NCBI GenBank assembly: GCA_038245295.1
Contig: JBBRSP010000035.1
Span: forward strand, 1 to 60,818
DNA length: 60,818 nucleotides
DNA from: Candidatus Binatia bacterium
GTDB lineage: Bacteria > Desulfobacterota > Binatia > HRBIN30
Reading direction: 5' to 3'
Every line of letters begins with the position of its first letter. The first letter of the stretch is position 1. The translations under genes and the position numbers were made by a program. This document shows positions 30,034-39,533 of the stretch, one piece after another. The notes below the pieces were generated by a model. It searched no databases, had not been told where the DNA came from, and saw only the letters and a program-made list of their open reading frames with translations.

Positions 30034-32475
30034 ATGGTTTCACGTATCGTTGGTGTGGTGGTGTCGGTGGTGTTGGTTGGCTCGCTCGTAGGAGGGGCAG
30101 CCGCCTGCCCGGGTGATTGCTCCGGCGACGATCAAGTGACCGTCGACGAGCTCATCAAGGGCGTCAATGTTGCCCTCGGCGATTCGGCGATGAACAGTTG
30201 TCCCGAGTTCGACCGTGACGGCGACGGCGCGGTACGAGTCGACGAACTGTTGCGCGGCGTCGCCGCCTCCATCAACGGATGCCCGGTGCTCACCATCCGC
30301 ACCATCGCCGGTAGCGGCCTCGCCGGTTACGACGGTGATGGCAAGGCGCCGCAAGACACCGCCTTCTATCTACCGCAGGACCTGACCATCGGCCCCGACG
30401 GCTTGCCCTACCTAGTGGACTGGAACAATCACCGTCTGCGGATCCTCAAGGATGATATCATCCAGACGATAGCCGGAACCGGCGACATTGGTGATGCGCA
30501 GGACGGATTGGGCCTGTACGCCAACTTCAATCATCCAACCAATGTAAGCTTCGACCACCAGGGCAAGGCGATCATTTCCGCCTGGCACAATAGTCTGATC
30601 AAGCGCATGGATCTGGTGACCGGTCTTCTCGAGAACGTCGCCGGTACGGGCGCGCGCGCCTACGGCGGCGACGGTGGGCCGGCCAACGCCGCCAAGCTCG
30701 ATCTGCCGAGCTCGACGGTGGTCGATAGCCACGGCAACATCATCGTTTCCGATCAAGGCAACTACCGCCTGCGCATCATCGATCAGACCGGCACGATCAA
30801 CACGATGTGCGGCAAGGGGACACCCGGTTACTCCGGCGACGGCGGACCGGCGTTGAACGCCGAGCTGCGCGCTCCCAAAGGGCAGGCAGCGCCACCGGCC
30901 GGGCGCATCGCCATCGACGCGCAGGATAGGATCTACATCGCCGATAGCGGCAACCACGCCATTCGTCTGATCGACACGGACGGAACGATCCGAACGATCG
31001 CCGGCACCGGTAACCCGGGATATTCCGGCGATGGTGGCCCGGCCACGGCGGCGCAGCTGAACACTCCCAGCGACGTGGCCGTAGCGCCAAATGGGCGCAT
31101 CTACATCGCCGATACCTTCAACAATGTGATCCGCGTCGTCCTGCCGAATGGCATCATCCAGACCTATGCCGGCACCGGCGCTGGCGGGTTCTCCGGCGAT
31201 GGCGGCGATGCGCGCCAGGCACAACTCGACCGGCCCTATGGTGTCGAGGTTGCCCCCAATGGCGACGTGCTCGTCGCCGACACCCACAATCAACGCTTTC
31301 GCCAGATTGCCGACACGACGGCCGTCATTCCGACCCCCATGCCTGAGCCGACGCCGCAGATCATTCCCTGCACCGACGTCGTCGGCAGCATCTGCACCTA
31401 CGTCGGTACCGGTACCACCGCCTTCAATGGCAATGGTCACGACCGTCGCGAGACGGCGCTTTACTGGCCCTTCGATATCGAGTTCACACCGGCGGGCCGG
31501 CGCATCTTCATGGATTGGAACAATCATCAGGTCCGCGAAGTGCTGCCGGATGAAACGGTGACGACGCTCGTCGGCACTGATTTCGTCGGCGACGGTCCGG
31601 ACGATCTGAGTGATCTGACGCCGGCTGGTGCGACGCCGGACAGTGTAAATCTGAATCACCCGACGGACGTTCAAGAGTTCCCCAACGGCGACATCATGAT
31701 CATGGCGTGGCACAACCATAAGATCCGCGTCGTCGATCACGTTACTAAGCGCGTGCGCGTGTTGATGGGGCGTGCCGCCGGTTTCAACGGCAATGGCCTG
31801 ATCGCCGACCAGACGTTGGTCAATCAACCGCCGCACGGCGTGCTCGATCCCAATGGAAATCTCTTCTTCGTCGATCAGCGCAACCAGCGCCTGCGCGTCA
31901 TCTACAACTTCGCAGCGCTGCGGGAGCAGGCCATCGTCGGCACTGTCCTGGGCACCGGTGACAAGGGCTTCAACGGCGACGGCCTGAGCTCGGAAGTGTG
32001 GGTCAACCTGCCGACCGGACCGAACCCGGAGCCCTCCGGCGGTCTGGCGCTCGACAGCGATGGCAATGTGTATTTCTCCGACACTCTGAACAATCGCATC
32101 CGCCGCCTGCAATTCTGCAGCAGCGATTTCACGTGTGGCGTCGTCACGACGATCGCCGGTACCGGTGACGCGGCCTACGGTGGCGACGGCGGACCGGCGA
32201 CTGAGGCGCAGATCAACTACCCCGAGGACATGGAGATCGGGCCGGACGGCAACGTCTACTTCGCCGATACCAACAACAACCGCGTGCGCATGATCGATCT
32301 CACCAACGGTACGATTCAAACCGTTGCGGGGAACGGAACACGCGCCTACGGCGGCGACGGTGGTGCCGCCGTCAACGCCCAGTTCAATCGTCCGTTCGGC
32401 GTCGCCTTCGACGCAAACGGCGACTTGTATGTGTCGGACACTTTCAATGGCCGCATCCGCAAGGTGAAGCGTTAA
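30034..32475 (+). CDS. Secreted NHL-repeat protein with N-terminal dockerin-like paired Ca-binding module
   Basis: CPGDC.GD..VTVDELI.GVN.ALG...D.DGDG.V.VDEL, plus many G.SGDGGPA..A.L..P..YIAD..N.RIR repeats. Confidence 0.88.
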   Translation: MVSRIVGVVVSVVLVGSLVGGAAACPGDCSGDDQVTVDELIKGVNVALGDSAMNSCPEFDRDGDGAVRVDELLRGVAASINGCPVLTIRTIAGSGLAGYDGDGKAPQDTAFYLPQDLTIGPDGLPYLVDWNNHRLRILKDDIIQTIAGTGDIGDAQDGLGLYANFNHPTNVSFDHQGKAIISAWHNSLIKRMDLVTGLLENVAGTGARAYGGDGGPANAAKLDLPSSTVVDSHGNIIVSDQGNYRLRIIDQTGTINTMCGKGTPGYSGDGGPALNAELRAPKGQAAPPAGRIAIDAQDRIYIADSGNHAIRLIDTDGTIRTIAGTGNPGYSGDGGPATAAQLNTPSDVAVAPNGRIYIADTFNNVIRVVLPNGIIQTYAGTGAGGFSGDGGDARQAQLDRPYGVEVAPNGDVLVADTHNQRFRQIADTTAVIPTPMPEPTPQIIPCTDVVGSICTYVGTGTTAFNGNGHDRRETALYWPFDIEFTPAGRRIFMDWNNHQVREVLPDETVTTLVGTDFVGDGPDDLSDLTPAGATPDSVNLNHPTDVQEFPNGDIMIMAWHNHKIRVVDHVTKRVRVLMGRAAGFNGNGLIADQTLVNQPPHGVLDPNGNLFFVDQRNQRLRVIYNFAALREQAIVGTVLGTGDKGFNGDGLSSEVWVNLPTGPNPEPSGGLALDSDGNVYFSDTLNNRIRRLQFCSSDFTCGVVTTIAGTGDAAYGGDGGPATEAQINYPEDMEIGPDGNVYFADTNNNRVRMIDLTNGTIQTVAGNGTRAYGGDGGAAVNAQFNRPFGVAFDANGDLYVSDTFNGRIRKVKR

Positions 32476-32481
32476 GCAAAA

Positions 32482-35400
32482 GTGCAGCACCCGCCGATTT
32501 GCAACGCCGGATCGAGTCGCCACAGCGCCTCGATCCGGCTAAGCCTAACCCTAAGCCTAACCCTAAGCCTGAGCCTTTGCCTAAGCCTGGCGGCCACCGC
32601 GCACAGCGCGTCGGCCGCCTGCACCGGCGATTGCGACGGTGGTGGCGACGTAACCGTCGACGAGATCCTCAAAGCCGTCAATATCGCCCTGGAGGTTCGC
32701 CCCGTTACCGACTGTAGCGCCGCCGACGAAAACGCCGACGGCACGGTTACGGTGGATGAATTGATCAGTGCCGTGAGCCACGATCTGAACGGTTGCCCTC
32801 CCGGGGCGATCTTCCCCGCCAACTACCGCGATACCTACAAGGAGGTACGCGACTGTCGGTTCAGCATCGAGCACGACGGCGTCAACATCCGCGTCCTCAC
32901 CAATCCCGAATCCGAGGCCGCGTACCTGAACAACAACAACCCGATGCCGGTCGGCAGCATCGTGATCAAGGAAGAATTCGGCGGCGGCAACTGCAACGAT
33001 GCCAACCTGCTGCGCTGGCGCGTCATGAAGAAGGAAGCCCCGGGCTTCGACAGCGAAGACGGCGACTGGCGTTGGCAGTGGCTCAATCGTGACGGCACGA
33101 TCATCTTCAACGACAAGGCGACGTGTATCGGTTGCCATGATCGACCGGCCTGTCTGGCCCGCGATCGCATGTGCACCGTCGGCGGCGCCGACAACAAGAT
33201 CGATCTGCCGATTCGTAATATGCCGGCGGCTCTTCTGTCGATTGCCGGGACGTCGGCTACCGATGTCTACACGGTCGGCGCCGACCCGGACGGCGACAGC
33301 TTCGGGCCGTACGTTCTACACTACGACGGGACACGCTGGACACGTCTCAACACGGGGGCCACGGGCGGCCTGTGGTGGATCAGTGTCACGCCGATCAACT
33401 CGGCCTTCTACATGGCCGGTGATAACGGGCTGGTGCTGCGCTTCGATCTCGATACGCACAAGTTCAGCCGACTCGACGTGCCGGCTCCGACGCAGACGCT
33501 GTTCGGCATCTGGGGCGACGCGGCGAACAACCTCTACGCCTGCGGCGGCGACGTTGCCGATGAAGACTTCGGCGGCGCGCTCTGGCACTACGACGGCTCG
33601 ATGTGGTCCTCGATTGATCTGAGCGCCGTGCTGCCGGGCGGTGTTCCGACTCTGTACAAGGTGTGGGGTCGATCGGCGAACGATGTCTGGGTTGTCGGTC
33701 GCGAGGGCGCCGTGTTGCATTTCGACGGCACGTCGTGGAGCAAGATCAACAGCAACTCCGTGCGGCCGCTCTTCACCGTGCACGGCAATGCCGATCGGGT
33801 CGTGGCGACAGGTGGTTTCGCCGACGGTGTGATCCTCGAGTACAACGGCACTTCCTTCACCGATGCGACACCGCTTGGCACGCCGCAGATGAACGGCGTG
33901 TTCATGGCCCCCGATGGTAGCGGTGTCACAGTCGGTATTGCAGGCGCGTTCGCTCGACGCACCAACCTCGGATGGGAGCTTCCGGACACGGGCTTGAGCA
34001 CGGCGCGCGATTTCCACGGCAGCTGGATCGATCCCGAGGGCGGTGTGTGGGCCGTGGGTGGTGACCTCAGCGTCGCACTGACGAGTGGCATCGTCGGTTA
34101 TGCCGGGCAGCGCACGATCAGCGGCGAAGTTGTGCCTCTGTCCTTGTGTCCCGCACCACCGGCGAATCCGTCATCGACGGGATCGGTGAGTTACGCCCGC
34201 GACATTGTCCCGATTCTCGCCGATCGCGGCTGCCTCTCCCCGGCCTGCCACGGCGGTGTGTTCCCTTCGTCGGGGTACGACCTGCGTGCCTACCAGGGAA
34301 TCTTCGGCCCCGGCGTGCTGGCACGCAGCCGCCAGCTCTGCGAAGTGACGCCCGGCAATCCCGACACCAGCTTCCTCATCGAGAAGCTGGGTGCCATGCC
34401 GCGTGTCGGCGGCTCGATGCCCCCGGCACCGCGTCCACTGCTGCCATCGGAAGAGATCGATCTACTGCGAACCTGGATTCTCGAGGGTGCGGTGGATGAC
34501 CGGAATGCGACGCCGACACCGACACCGACGGCGACCCGCCCACCGGTGATGACGCCAACGCCGAGTGTCGCGACGACGCCCCTGGCGTGCGGCACGCCGG
34601 GCAACATCTGCACCGTTGCCGGCACCGGCCAGGCCCTCTTCAACGGCGACGGCAAGCCGGCGACGCAGACATCGCTGTACTACCCGCTCGGGGTCACGTT
34701 CGAATCGGCAGGCACAGCCTTGTTGGTCGATTGGAACAACCTGCGAATCCGGCGGCTGCAGAGTGACGGCACCGTAATCACCATCATGGGGAAGTCGTAC
34801 GAGGACAGTCCCGTCGACGGCGCGCTCGCCAGCGACACGGCGTTGCATCATGCGAGTGACGTAGTGTTCGACACGCTAGGGCAGATGTACGTTGCTGGTG
34901 ATCACGCTCCGGTCGTATTTCGCGTCGGACTCGACAACCGCGTATTCATCGTCGCCGGTAACGGCGACGTCGGTAATAGCGGCGATGGCGGGCCGGCGCG
35001 CCAGGCGACGTTATCCACCCCCTTCGGACTGGCCGCTATCGGAGACGATATCTACGTCACGGATATCGATGCCCATGTGGTTCGCCGCATCGCCACGGAC
35101 GGTACCATCTCCACGGTTGCCGGCAACGGCACGCTTGGGCACGGCGGCGATGGTCCGGCGGCGACGGCGATCGCCCTGGGTGGGCCGGCCGGCATCGACA
35201 GCGACGCCGCCGGCAACCTCTACTTCGCCGAGACCAAAAACCATCGTGTGCGGCGCCTCAATCGCGACGGCAGCATCGTGACGGTGGCCGGCTCCGGGAC
35301 GCGTGGCTTCGACGGCGACAATGGCCCCGCGACAGACGCGAAGTTGAACGGGCCCTATGATGTGCGAATCGGGCCCGATGGGCTGCTGTACATCGCCGAT

Positions 35401-35604
35401 ACAGGCAACAGCGTCATCCGTCGGGTGCGCGCCGACGGCGTGATCGAGACGATTGCTGGTACCGGCGTTTCCGGGTTTGGCGGCGATTCGGGCTCGGCCA
35501 CAGCAGCACAGTTCGATCGACCATCCGGTATTGCCTTCGCTCCGGACGGTGCCTTGTGGATCGCCGACACATTCAATAACCGCGTCCGCCGTCTGGCTCG
35601 CTGA
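32482..35604 (+). CDS. Secreted multidomain protein: dockerin-like module, cytochrome P460-like domain, beta-propeller, Cx4CH cytochrome-c-like domain, NHL repeats
   Basis: PVGSIVIKE...MKK..G...GDW.W...CIGCH. Also CLSPACH..NPDTSFLIEKL..MPP..WI.EGA, and C-terminal NHL repeats. Confidence 0.8.
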   Translation: MQHPPICNAGSSRHSASIRLSLTLSLTLSLSLCLSLAATAHSASAACTGDCDGGGDVTVDEILKAVNIALEVRPVTDCSAADENADGTVTVDELISAVSHDLNGCPPGAIFPANYRDTYKEVRDCRFSIEHDGVNIRVLTNPESEAAYLNNNNPMPVGSIVIKEEFGGGNCNDANLLRWRVMKKEAPGFDSEDGDWRWQWLNRDGTIIFNDKATCIGCHDRPACLARDRMCTVGGADNKIDLPIRNMPAALLSIAGTSATDVYTVGADPDGDSFGPYVLHYDGTRWTRLNTGATGGLWWISVTPINSAFYMAGDNGLVLRFDLDTHKFSRLDVPAPTQTLFGIWGDAANNLYACGGDVADEDFGGALWHYDGSMWSSIDLSAVLPGGVPTLYKVWGRSANDVWVVGREGAVLHFDGTSWSKINSNSVRPLFTVHGNADRVVATGGFADGVILEYNGTSFTDATPLGTPQMNGVFMAPDGSGVTVGIAGAFARRTNLGWELPDTGLSTARDFHGSWIDPEGGVWAVGGDLSVALTSGIVGYAGQRTISGEVVPLSLCPAPPANPSSTGSVSYARDIVPILADRGCLSPACHGGVFPSSGYDLRAYQGIFGPGVLARSRQLCEVTPGNPDTSFLIEKLGAMPRVGGSMPPAPRPLLPSEEIDLLRTWILEGAVDDRNATPTPTPTATRPPVMTPTPSVATTPLACGTPGNICTVAGTGQALFNGDGKPATQTSLYYPLGVTFESAGTALLVDWNNLRIRRLQSDGTVITIMGKSYEDSPVDGALASDTALHHASDVVFDTLGQMYVAGDHAPVVFRVGLDNRVFIVAGNGDVGNSGDGGPARQATLSTPFGLAAIGDDIYVTDIDAHVVRRIATDGTISTVAGNGTLGHGGDGPAATAIALGGPAGIDSDAAGNLYFAETKNHRVRRLNRDGSIVTVAGSGTRGFDGDNGPATDAKLNGPYDVRIGPDGLLYIADTGNSVIRRVRADGVIETIAGTGVSGFGGDSGSATAAQFDRPSGIAFAPDGALWIADTFNNRVRRLAR
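32539..32589 (+). repeat. Hexamer tandem repeat (CTAAGC/CTAACC) in signal-peptide region
   Basis: CTAAGCCTAACCCTAAGCCTAACCCTAAGCCTGAGCCTTTGCCTAAGCCTG encodes LSLTLSLTLSLSLCLSL. Confidence 0.75.
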
Positions 35605-35605
35605 T

Positions 35606-35673
35606 CCTCCTTCGCGCGCGTAGCGCTACGGAGGACAAGGTTCCTCCTTCGCGCTCAGCACTATGGTGGGCAG
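35606..35673 (+). repeat. Tandem pair of short imperfect palindromic repeats
   Basis: TCCTCCTTCGCGC...GCTACGGAGGACAAGG followed by TCCTCCTTCGCGC...ACTATGGTGGGCAGG. Confidence 0.55.
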
Positions 35674-35703
35674 GGCTTTCTTCTTGTTGCGCTTCCAGAT
35701 TGA

Positions 35704-37599
35704 ATGCGTGCGGTGCCTCTGCTGACGAAGTCTCGAGCCGTTTGCCTGACGACGTTCCTATTGTTGTTTGTCACGGCAGTGGTGTATGCGCCGGTGCGTT
35801 CGCACCAGTTCCTCAATTTCGACGATAACGCCTATGTCACCGAAAATTCCCATGTGCGCGCCGGTTTGACGTGGGACGGTGTCGTGTGGGCGTTCACGTC
35901 GCCACACGGCGCGACGTGGCATCCACTGACCGGTCTTTCCCACATGCTCGATTGTCAGCTCTGGGGGCTCGATGCCGGCAAGCATCTGCGCACCAACGTG
36001 ATCCTGCATCTGGGCGCGACGCTGCTGTTGCTGCTGTGGCTATACCGGGCAACGCAATCCTTCTGGCGCAGCGCCACAGTGGCGGCGCTGTTCGCGTTGC
36101 ATCCACTTCATGTGGAGTCGGTCGCGTGGGTTGCCGAGCGCAAGGACGTTCTCAGCGGCGTCTTGTGGATGCTCACCCTGCTGACCTACACCGAGTACGC
36201 TCGGCGGCCTGAATGGCGACGGTATGCCCTGGTGTTGGTCGCTTATGTCCTGGCCTTGTTGGCGAAGCCGATGGTGGTGACGCTGCCGATGGTCCTCCTG
36301 CTCCTCGATATCTGGCCGCTGCGGCGTCGTGAGGCGTGGCGCCGCCTGGTGCTCGAGAAGACACCGTTGCTGGTCTTGGCGGCGTTGGACAGCATCATCA
36401 CATACTGGGCGCAGAGCAGCCGCAGTGCGGTGGCCGATCTGGAGACCTATCCTCTCCTTGTGCGTATCGGCAATGGGCTCATCGCCTACGCAACGTACGT
36501 GTCGAAGACGGTTTGGCCCGTCGATCTCGCGGTCTTTTACCCGCATCCTGCCGTCGTATCGCTAGGTGCGGCGATGGTCGCCTTCTTGTTCCTACTCGGC
36601 ACCACGGCGGCAGTCTTGTGGCAAGCGAAGAAGCGTCCCTACCTGTTCGTCGGTTGGTTTTGGTACCTGGGTGTGCTGGTGCCGGTGATCGGCATCATCA
36701 AGGTGGGCGACCAGGCGATGGCCGACCGCTTCACCTATCTGCCGCACGTAGGGCTGTTTGTCGCGGCGGTATGGCTGGCGGCTGATGCGGCACGGCGCTG
36801 GCACATGCCGCGTGCCGCCGGCGCGGCGGTGGCACTGATTGTCGTGGCGCTTTGCGCCACGGCGACGCGGCGGCAGCTCGCCTACTGGCAGGACAGCGAG
36901 ACCCTTTTCCGTCACGCTCTCGCGGTGACGCGCGACAATGCCCTGGCGCATACCAACCTGGGTGCCTTGCTGTTCGAGCTCGGCGCGATCGCCGACGCCC
37001 GACCTCATCTGATGGAGGCGATCCGCATCCGCCCGACCTACGCCAAGGCGCAGTTGAATCGGGGCTTGTTGGCGGCGGTGGACGGGCAGGCGGATGCGGC
37101 CATCGGCTACTACAACGAAGCGCTGCGCCTCGAGCCGGAGTATGCGCCCCCCTATTACAATCTGGGAATTCTGTCGGCCGAGCGCGGTGAATACGAGACC
37201 GCGATCCGGCAGTACCGCGAGGCCATCCGCCGCTACCCAGACTATGCCAAAGCCTACAACAACCTCGGCTGGGCGATCGCGGCCGAACATCGCTTTGCCG
37301 AGGCGATACCAGAATACGAGGCGGCGTTGCGGATCGACCCAAATCTGGCGGCGGCACACAACAACCTGGCGATTGCCCTGGAGGAAACCGGCCAGGTGCC
37401 ACAGGCGGTTCGGCACTACGAAGAGGGAGCGCGCCTGTTGCCGCACGATGCGCGGCCGTTGTTCAACCTGGCGCTGGCGCTGCGCCAAATCGGTCGCGGT
37501 GCCGAAGCGACGGCACGCCTCCGCGAGTGTCGGCGTATTGCCGAAGCGAATGACCAGAAGGCTGTCGCCGAGGCGGCGCGACAGCAGCTTGGTGAGTGA
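35704..37599 (+). CDS. TMTC-like membrane GT-C glycosyltransferase with C-terminal TPRs
   Basis: NFDD loop motif, LFALHPLHVESVAWVAERKD, ADRFTY, W.DSETLF, several TPRs. Confidence 0.85.
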   Translation: MRAVPLLTKSRAVCLTTFLLLFVTAVVYAPVRSHQFLNFDDNAYVTENSHVRAGLTWDGVVWAFTSPHGATWHPLTGLSHMLDCQLWGLDAGKHLRTNVILHLGATLLLLLWLYRATQSFWRSATVAALFALHPLHVESVAWVAERKDVLSGVLWMLTLLTYTEYARRPEWRRYALVLVAYVLALLAKPMVVTLPMVLLLLDIWPLRRREAWRRLVLEKTPLLVLAALDSIITYWAQSSRSAVADLETYPLLVRIGNGLIAYATYVSKTVWPVDLAVFYPHPAVVSLGAAMVAFLFLLGTTAAVLWQAKKRPYLFVGWFWYLGVLVPVIGIIKVGDQAMADRFTYLPHVGLFVAAVWLAADAARRWHMPRAAGAAVALIVVALCATATRRQLAYWQDSETLFRHALAVTRDNALAHTNLGALLFELGAIADARPHLMEAIRIRPTYAKAQLNRGLLAAVDGQADAAIGYYNEALRLEPEYAPPYYNLGILSAERGEYETAIRQYREAIRRYPDYAKAYNNLGWAIAAEHRFAEAIPEYEAALRIDPNLAAAHNNLAIALEETGQVPQAVRHYEEGARLLPHDARPLFNLALALRQIGRGAEATARLRECRRIAEANDQKAVAEAARQQLGE

Positions 37600-37615
37600 C
37601 GTCCGCCAACCCTAC

Positions 37616-38407
37616 CTACAGGGGTGGGTCGCAGTTGACCGTCTGTTGCACGTACGCTGAGCCGGCGGCGCAACGCATCGTGTCGACGATCTGCGTTGCC
37701 AGGGTAGTTGCGTCCATTCCATAGGATGTGGCCAGTACACCCGCGCCGCAGCGTTTGTCCCATTCCCGGGCGGCGGCCGCGGTATGCCGAGTGATGCGCT
37801 GTTCGGCGCGCGTCACGAGGTGCATCTTGGCCGAAGCCGGCGTCGAGCCGCTGGCGATCCGATCGAACGCGTCACGCCATTCGCCGAGCCCGGCGCGCAG
37901 CTCCCTTACGGTTTGGTTTGCGGTCGATTGTAGGCAGGCGAGATCAGGATGGCCGAGCGGATCGCGGACCGGCGCATACAGGATCGAGGCGGCGGCCTGC
38001 TCGGCGCGCGTGCAGGCGTTGGTGAGGTCGGTCTGTACTTCGAGGACGCCGAGAAAGCCGATCTCAATGGCCCCAAGCTCAGAGCACGCGGCGTCGACCG
38101 CATCCTGCGCTTGCGCCCGAATGGCGCGTACCGCTGCGTCGGGGTTCACGATACTGCAGCGCTGGCCGCCGAGCGCGGCGTTGTAGCAGGTTACCCGGAC
38201 CTGCACGGCCTGGGTGATGCACTGCTCGATGGCGCGCGCCAGAATACGTTGGCAGCGCGCCGCGGCGGGCCTGAAGGTGCCCCAAAGCGCCAGTGGGAGA
38301 CGGGCGCCGTGTGCGGCGGCCTGATGCGGGAGGGCTACGTTTGCAGCCGCACTGAGGACAAGCGCGGCGAACCATGTGCGAGCATGGCGTGGTGGGCTAG
38401 CGCGCAC
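37616..38407 (-). CDS. Secreted helical Cys-containing protein, paralogue of 38397-39284
   Basis: Signal peptide AAA|HG and Cys spacing shared with the upstream gene. GTG start overlapping the upstream stop is inferred. Confidence 0.65.
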   Translation of the reverse strand: MRASPPRHARTWFAALVLSAAANVALPHQAAAHGARLPLALWGTFRPAAARCQRILARAIEQCITQAVQVRVTCYNAALGGQRCSIVNPDAAVRAIRAQAQDAVDAACSELGAIEIGFLGVLEVQTDLTNACTRAEQAAASILYAPVRDPLGHPDLACLQSTANQTVRELRAGLGEWRDAFDRIASGSTPASAKMHLVTRAEQRITRHTAAAAREWDKRCGAGVLATSYGMDATTLATQIVDTMRCAAGSAYVQQTVNCDPPL

Positions 38408-39284
38408 GCGTACAGTCTCCGGGGCAGGTGTCACCATTCGTCCGGTTGGCATCGTCGCAGAACTCATCGCCCTCGACGATGCCGTTGCCGCATTTCGGCG
38501 CCGGGCAGACGAATTCACCTTGCACGTAGATTGCGCCGGTGGCGCAGTGGGCGAGGCTTCCTACCGTGGTCAGGAAGGCCGGCGCGTCGAGCCCGTACAG
38601 GGCGGTGACGTCCTCCGCGGCGCACAGTGGCGCCAGTCGGCGTGCCAAAGAGCCGGCCGAGGCGTTGAGGCGATCGCGCGAGCGGGTAACGCGGCTGCGT
38701 TTTGCGGCGGGGCCAATCAGGCTGCGAACGATCGGGGCCAGGGTATGGCGATCGATCTCGAAGGCGCTGCGTGCAACGCGAATGATGGCGGCGCCCATGG
38801 CGCGTGTGCATTGCACTTGTGCGACACCAACCGGGGTGACGCCGCGGCGCGTCGGCAGGTCGATGGCCGAAAGGGTGGTGCCTTCGAGGCCGCGACAACC
38901 GTTTGTCGCGTCGCGCAGCAACTCGTCGACATTCATGAACTGCAACTGATTGGCGCTCTGGTCGCTGCAGTGCGGGCGAATCCGATTCGTTAGTGTCAGC
39001 CGGGCCTGGTTGACCTTTGCGTCGACGGCCGCGGCATCGCATGGATCGTCCGGCATCGCGCCCAGGTGGCAGGCCGCTTCGGCGCGTAGAACGGTGGCGA
39101 CGCAACGCTGTGTTTCGCGCGCCGTCACCGCTTCGCAACGCGCCGCGGGATTCGGGTAGTTGCCGTAGAACGCCAGGTCGGGGGGTAACCCGTGGGCTGA
39201 TACCTGCCCTGCGAGAAGGGCGAGGGCAGCGACGGTGCCCAACCCGTTGTGTCGGAGGGCTCGCCAAGAAACGTTGCGCGACAT
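38397..39284 (-). CDS. Secreted helical Cys-containing protein with one C-terminal DUF4215 repeat
   Basis: Signal peptide VSA|HG and C-terminal CGNGIVEGDEFCDDAN...C. Start chosen at ATG 39284. Confidence 0.7.
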   Translation of the reverse strand: MSRNVSWRALRHNGLGTVAALALLAGQVSAHGLPPDLAFYGNYPNPAARCEAVTARETQRCVATVLRAEAACHLGAMPDDPCDAAAVDAKVNQARLTLTNRIRPHCSDQSANQLQFMNVDELLRDATNGCRGLEGTTLSAIDLPTRRGVTPVGVAQVQCTRAMGAAIIRVARSAFEIDRHTLAPIVRSLIGPAAKRSRVTRSRDRLNASAGSLARRLAPLCAAEDVTALYGLDAPAFLTTVGSLAHCATGAIYVQGEFVCPAPKCGNGIVEGDEFCDDANRTNGDTCPGDCTRAR

Positions 39285-39533
39285 GTCTGCCTGCCGCCAT
39301 AGAGACACGTGGCGGCCCAGGTCAAGGTAATCTCCGCACCTCATTTGCGAGATTCCCGTCCGACTTCTTGCAACGGAGGGTAAGCCGTTCGGGTTACGAT
39401 TTGGGCATAATGTTCGAAAAAATCCCCGGTGCGGGCGTTTTTTATTTGACATAAGGGGGTTCAACTGTGGTAACTCCACCCAAACCGATAGAGTTCGCGA
39501 GAATCGTTTAGCGTTGTAGGAAGGGGCTACCGA

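Noticed and set aside
30412..32523. Long antisense ORFs (also 22262-24271, 55328-56854, 3438-4712, 48801-50285)
   Set aside because: These are shadow ORFs opposite well-supported genes, expected in high-GC DNA.
32545..32566. Telomere-like CCCTAA repeats
   Set aside because: Only two units, within an in-frame coding hexamer repeat.
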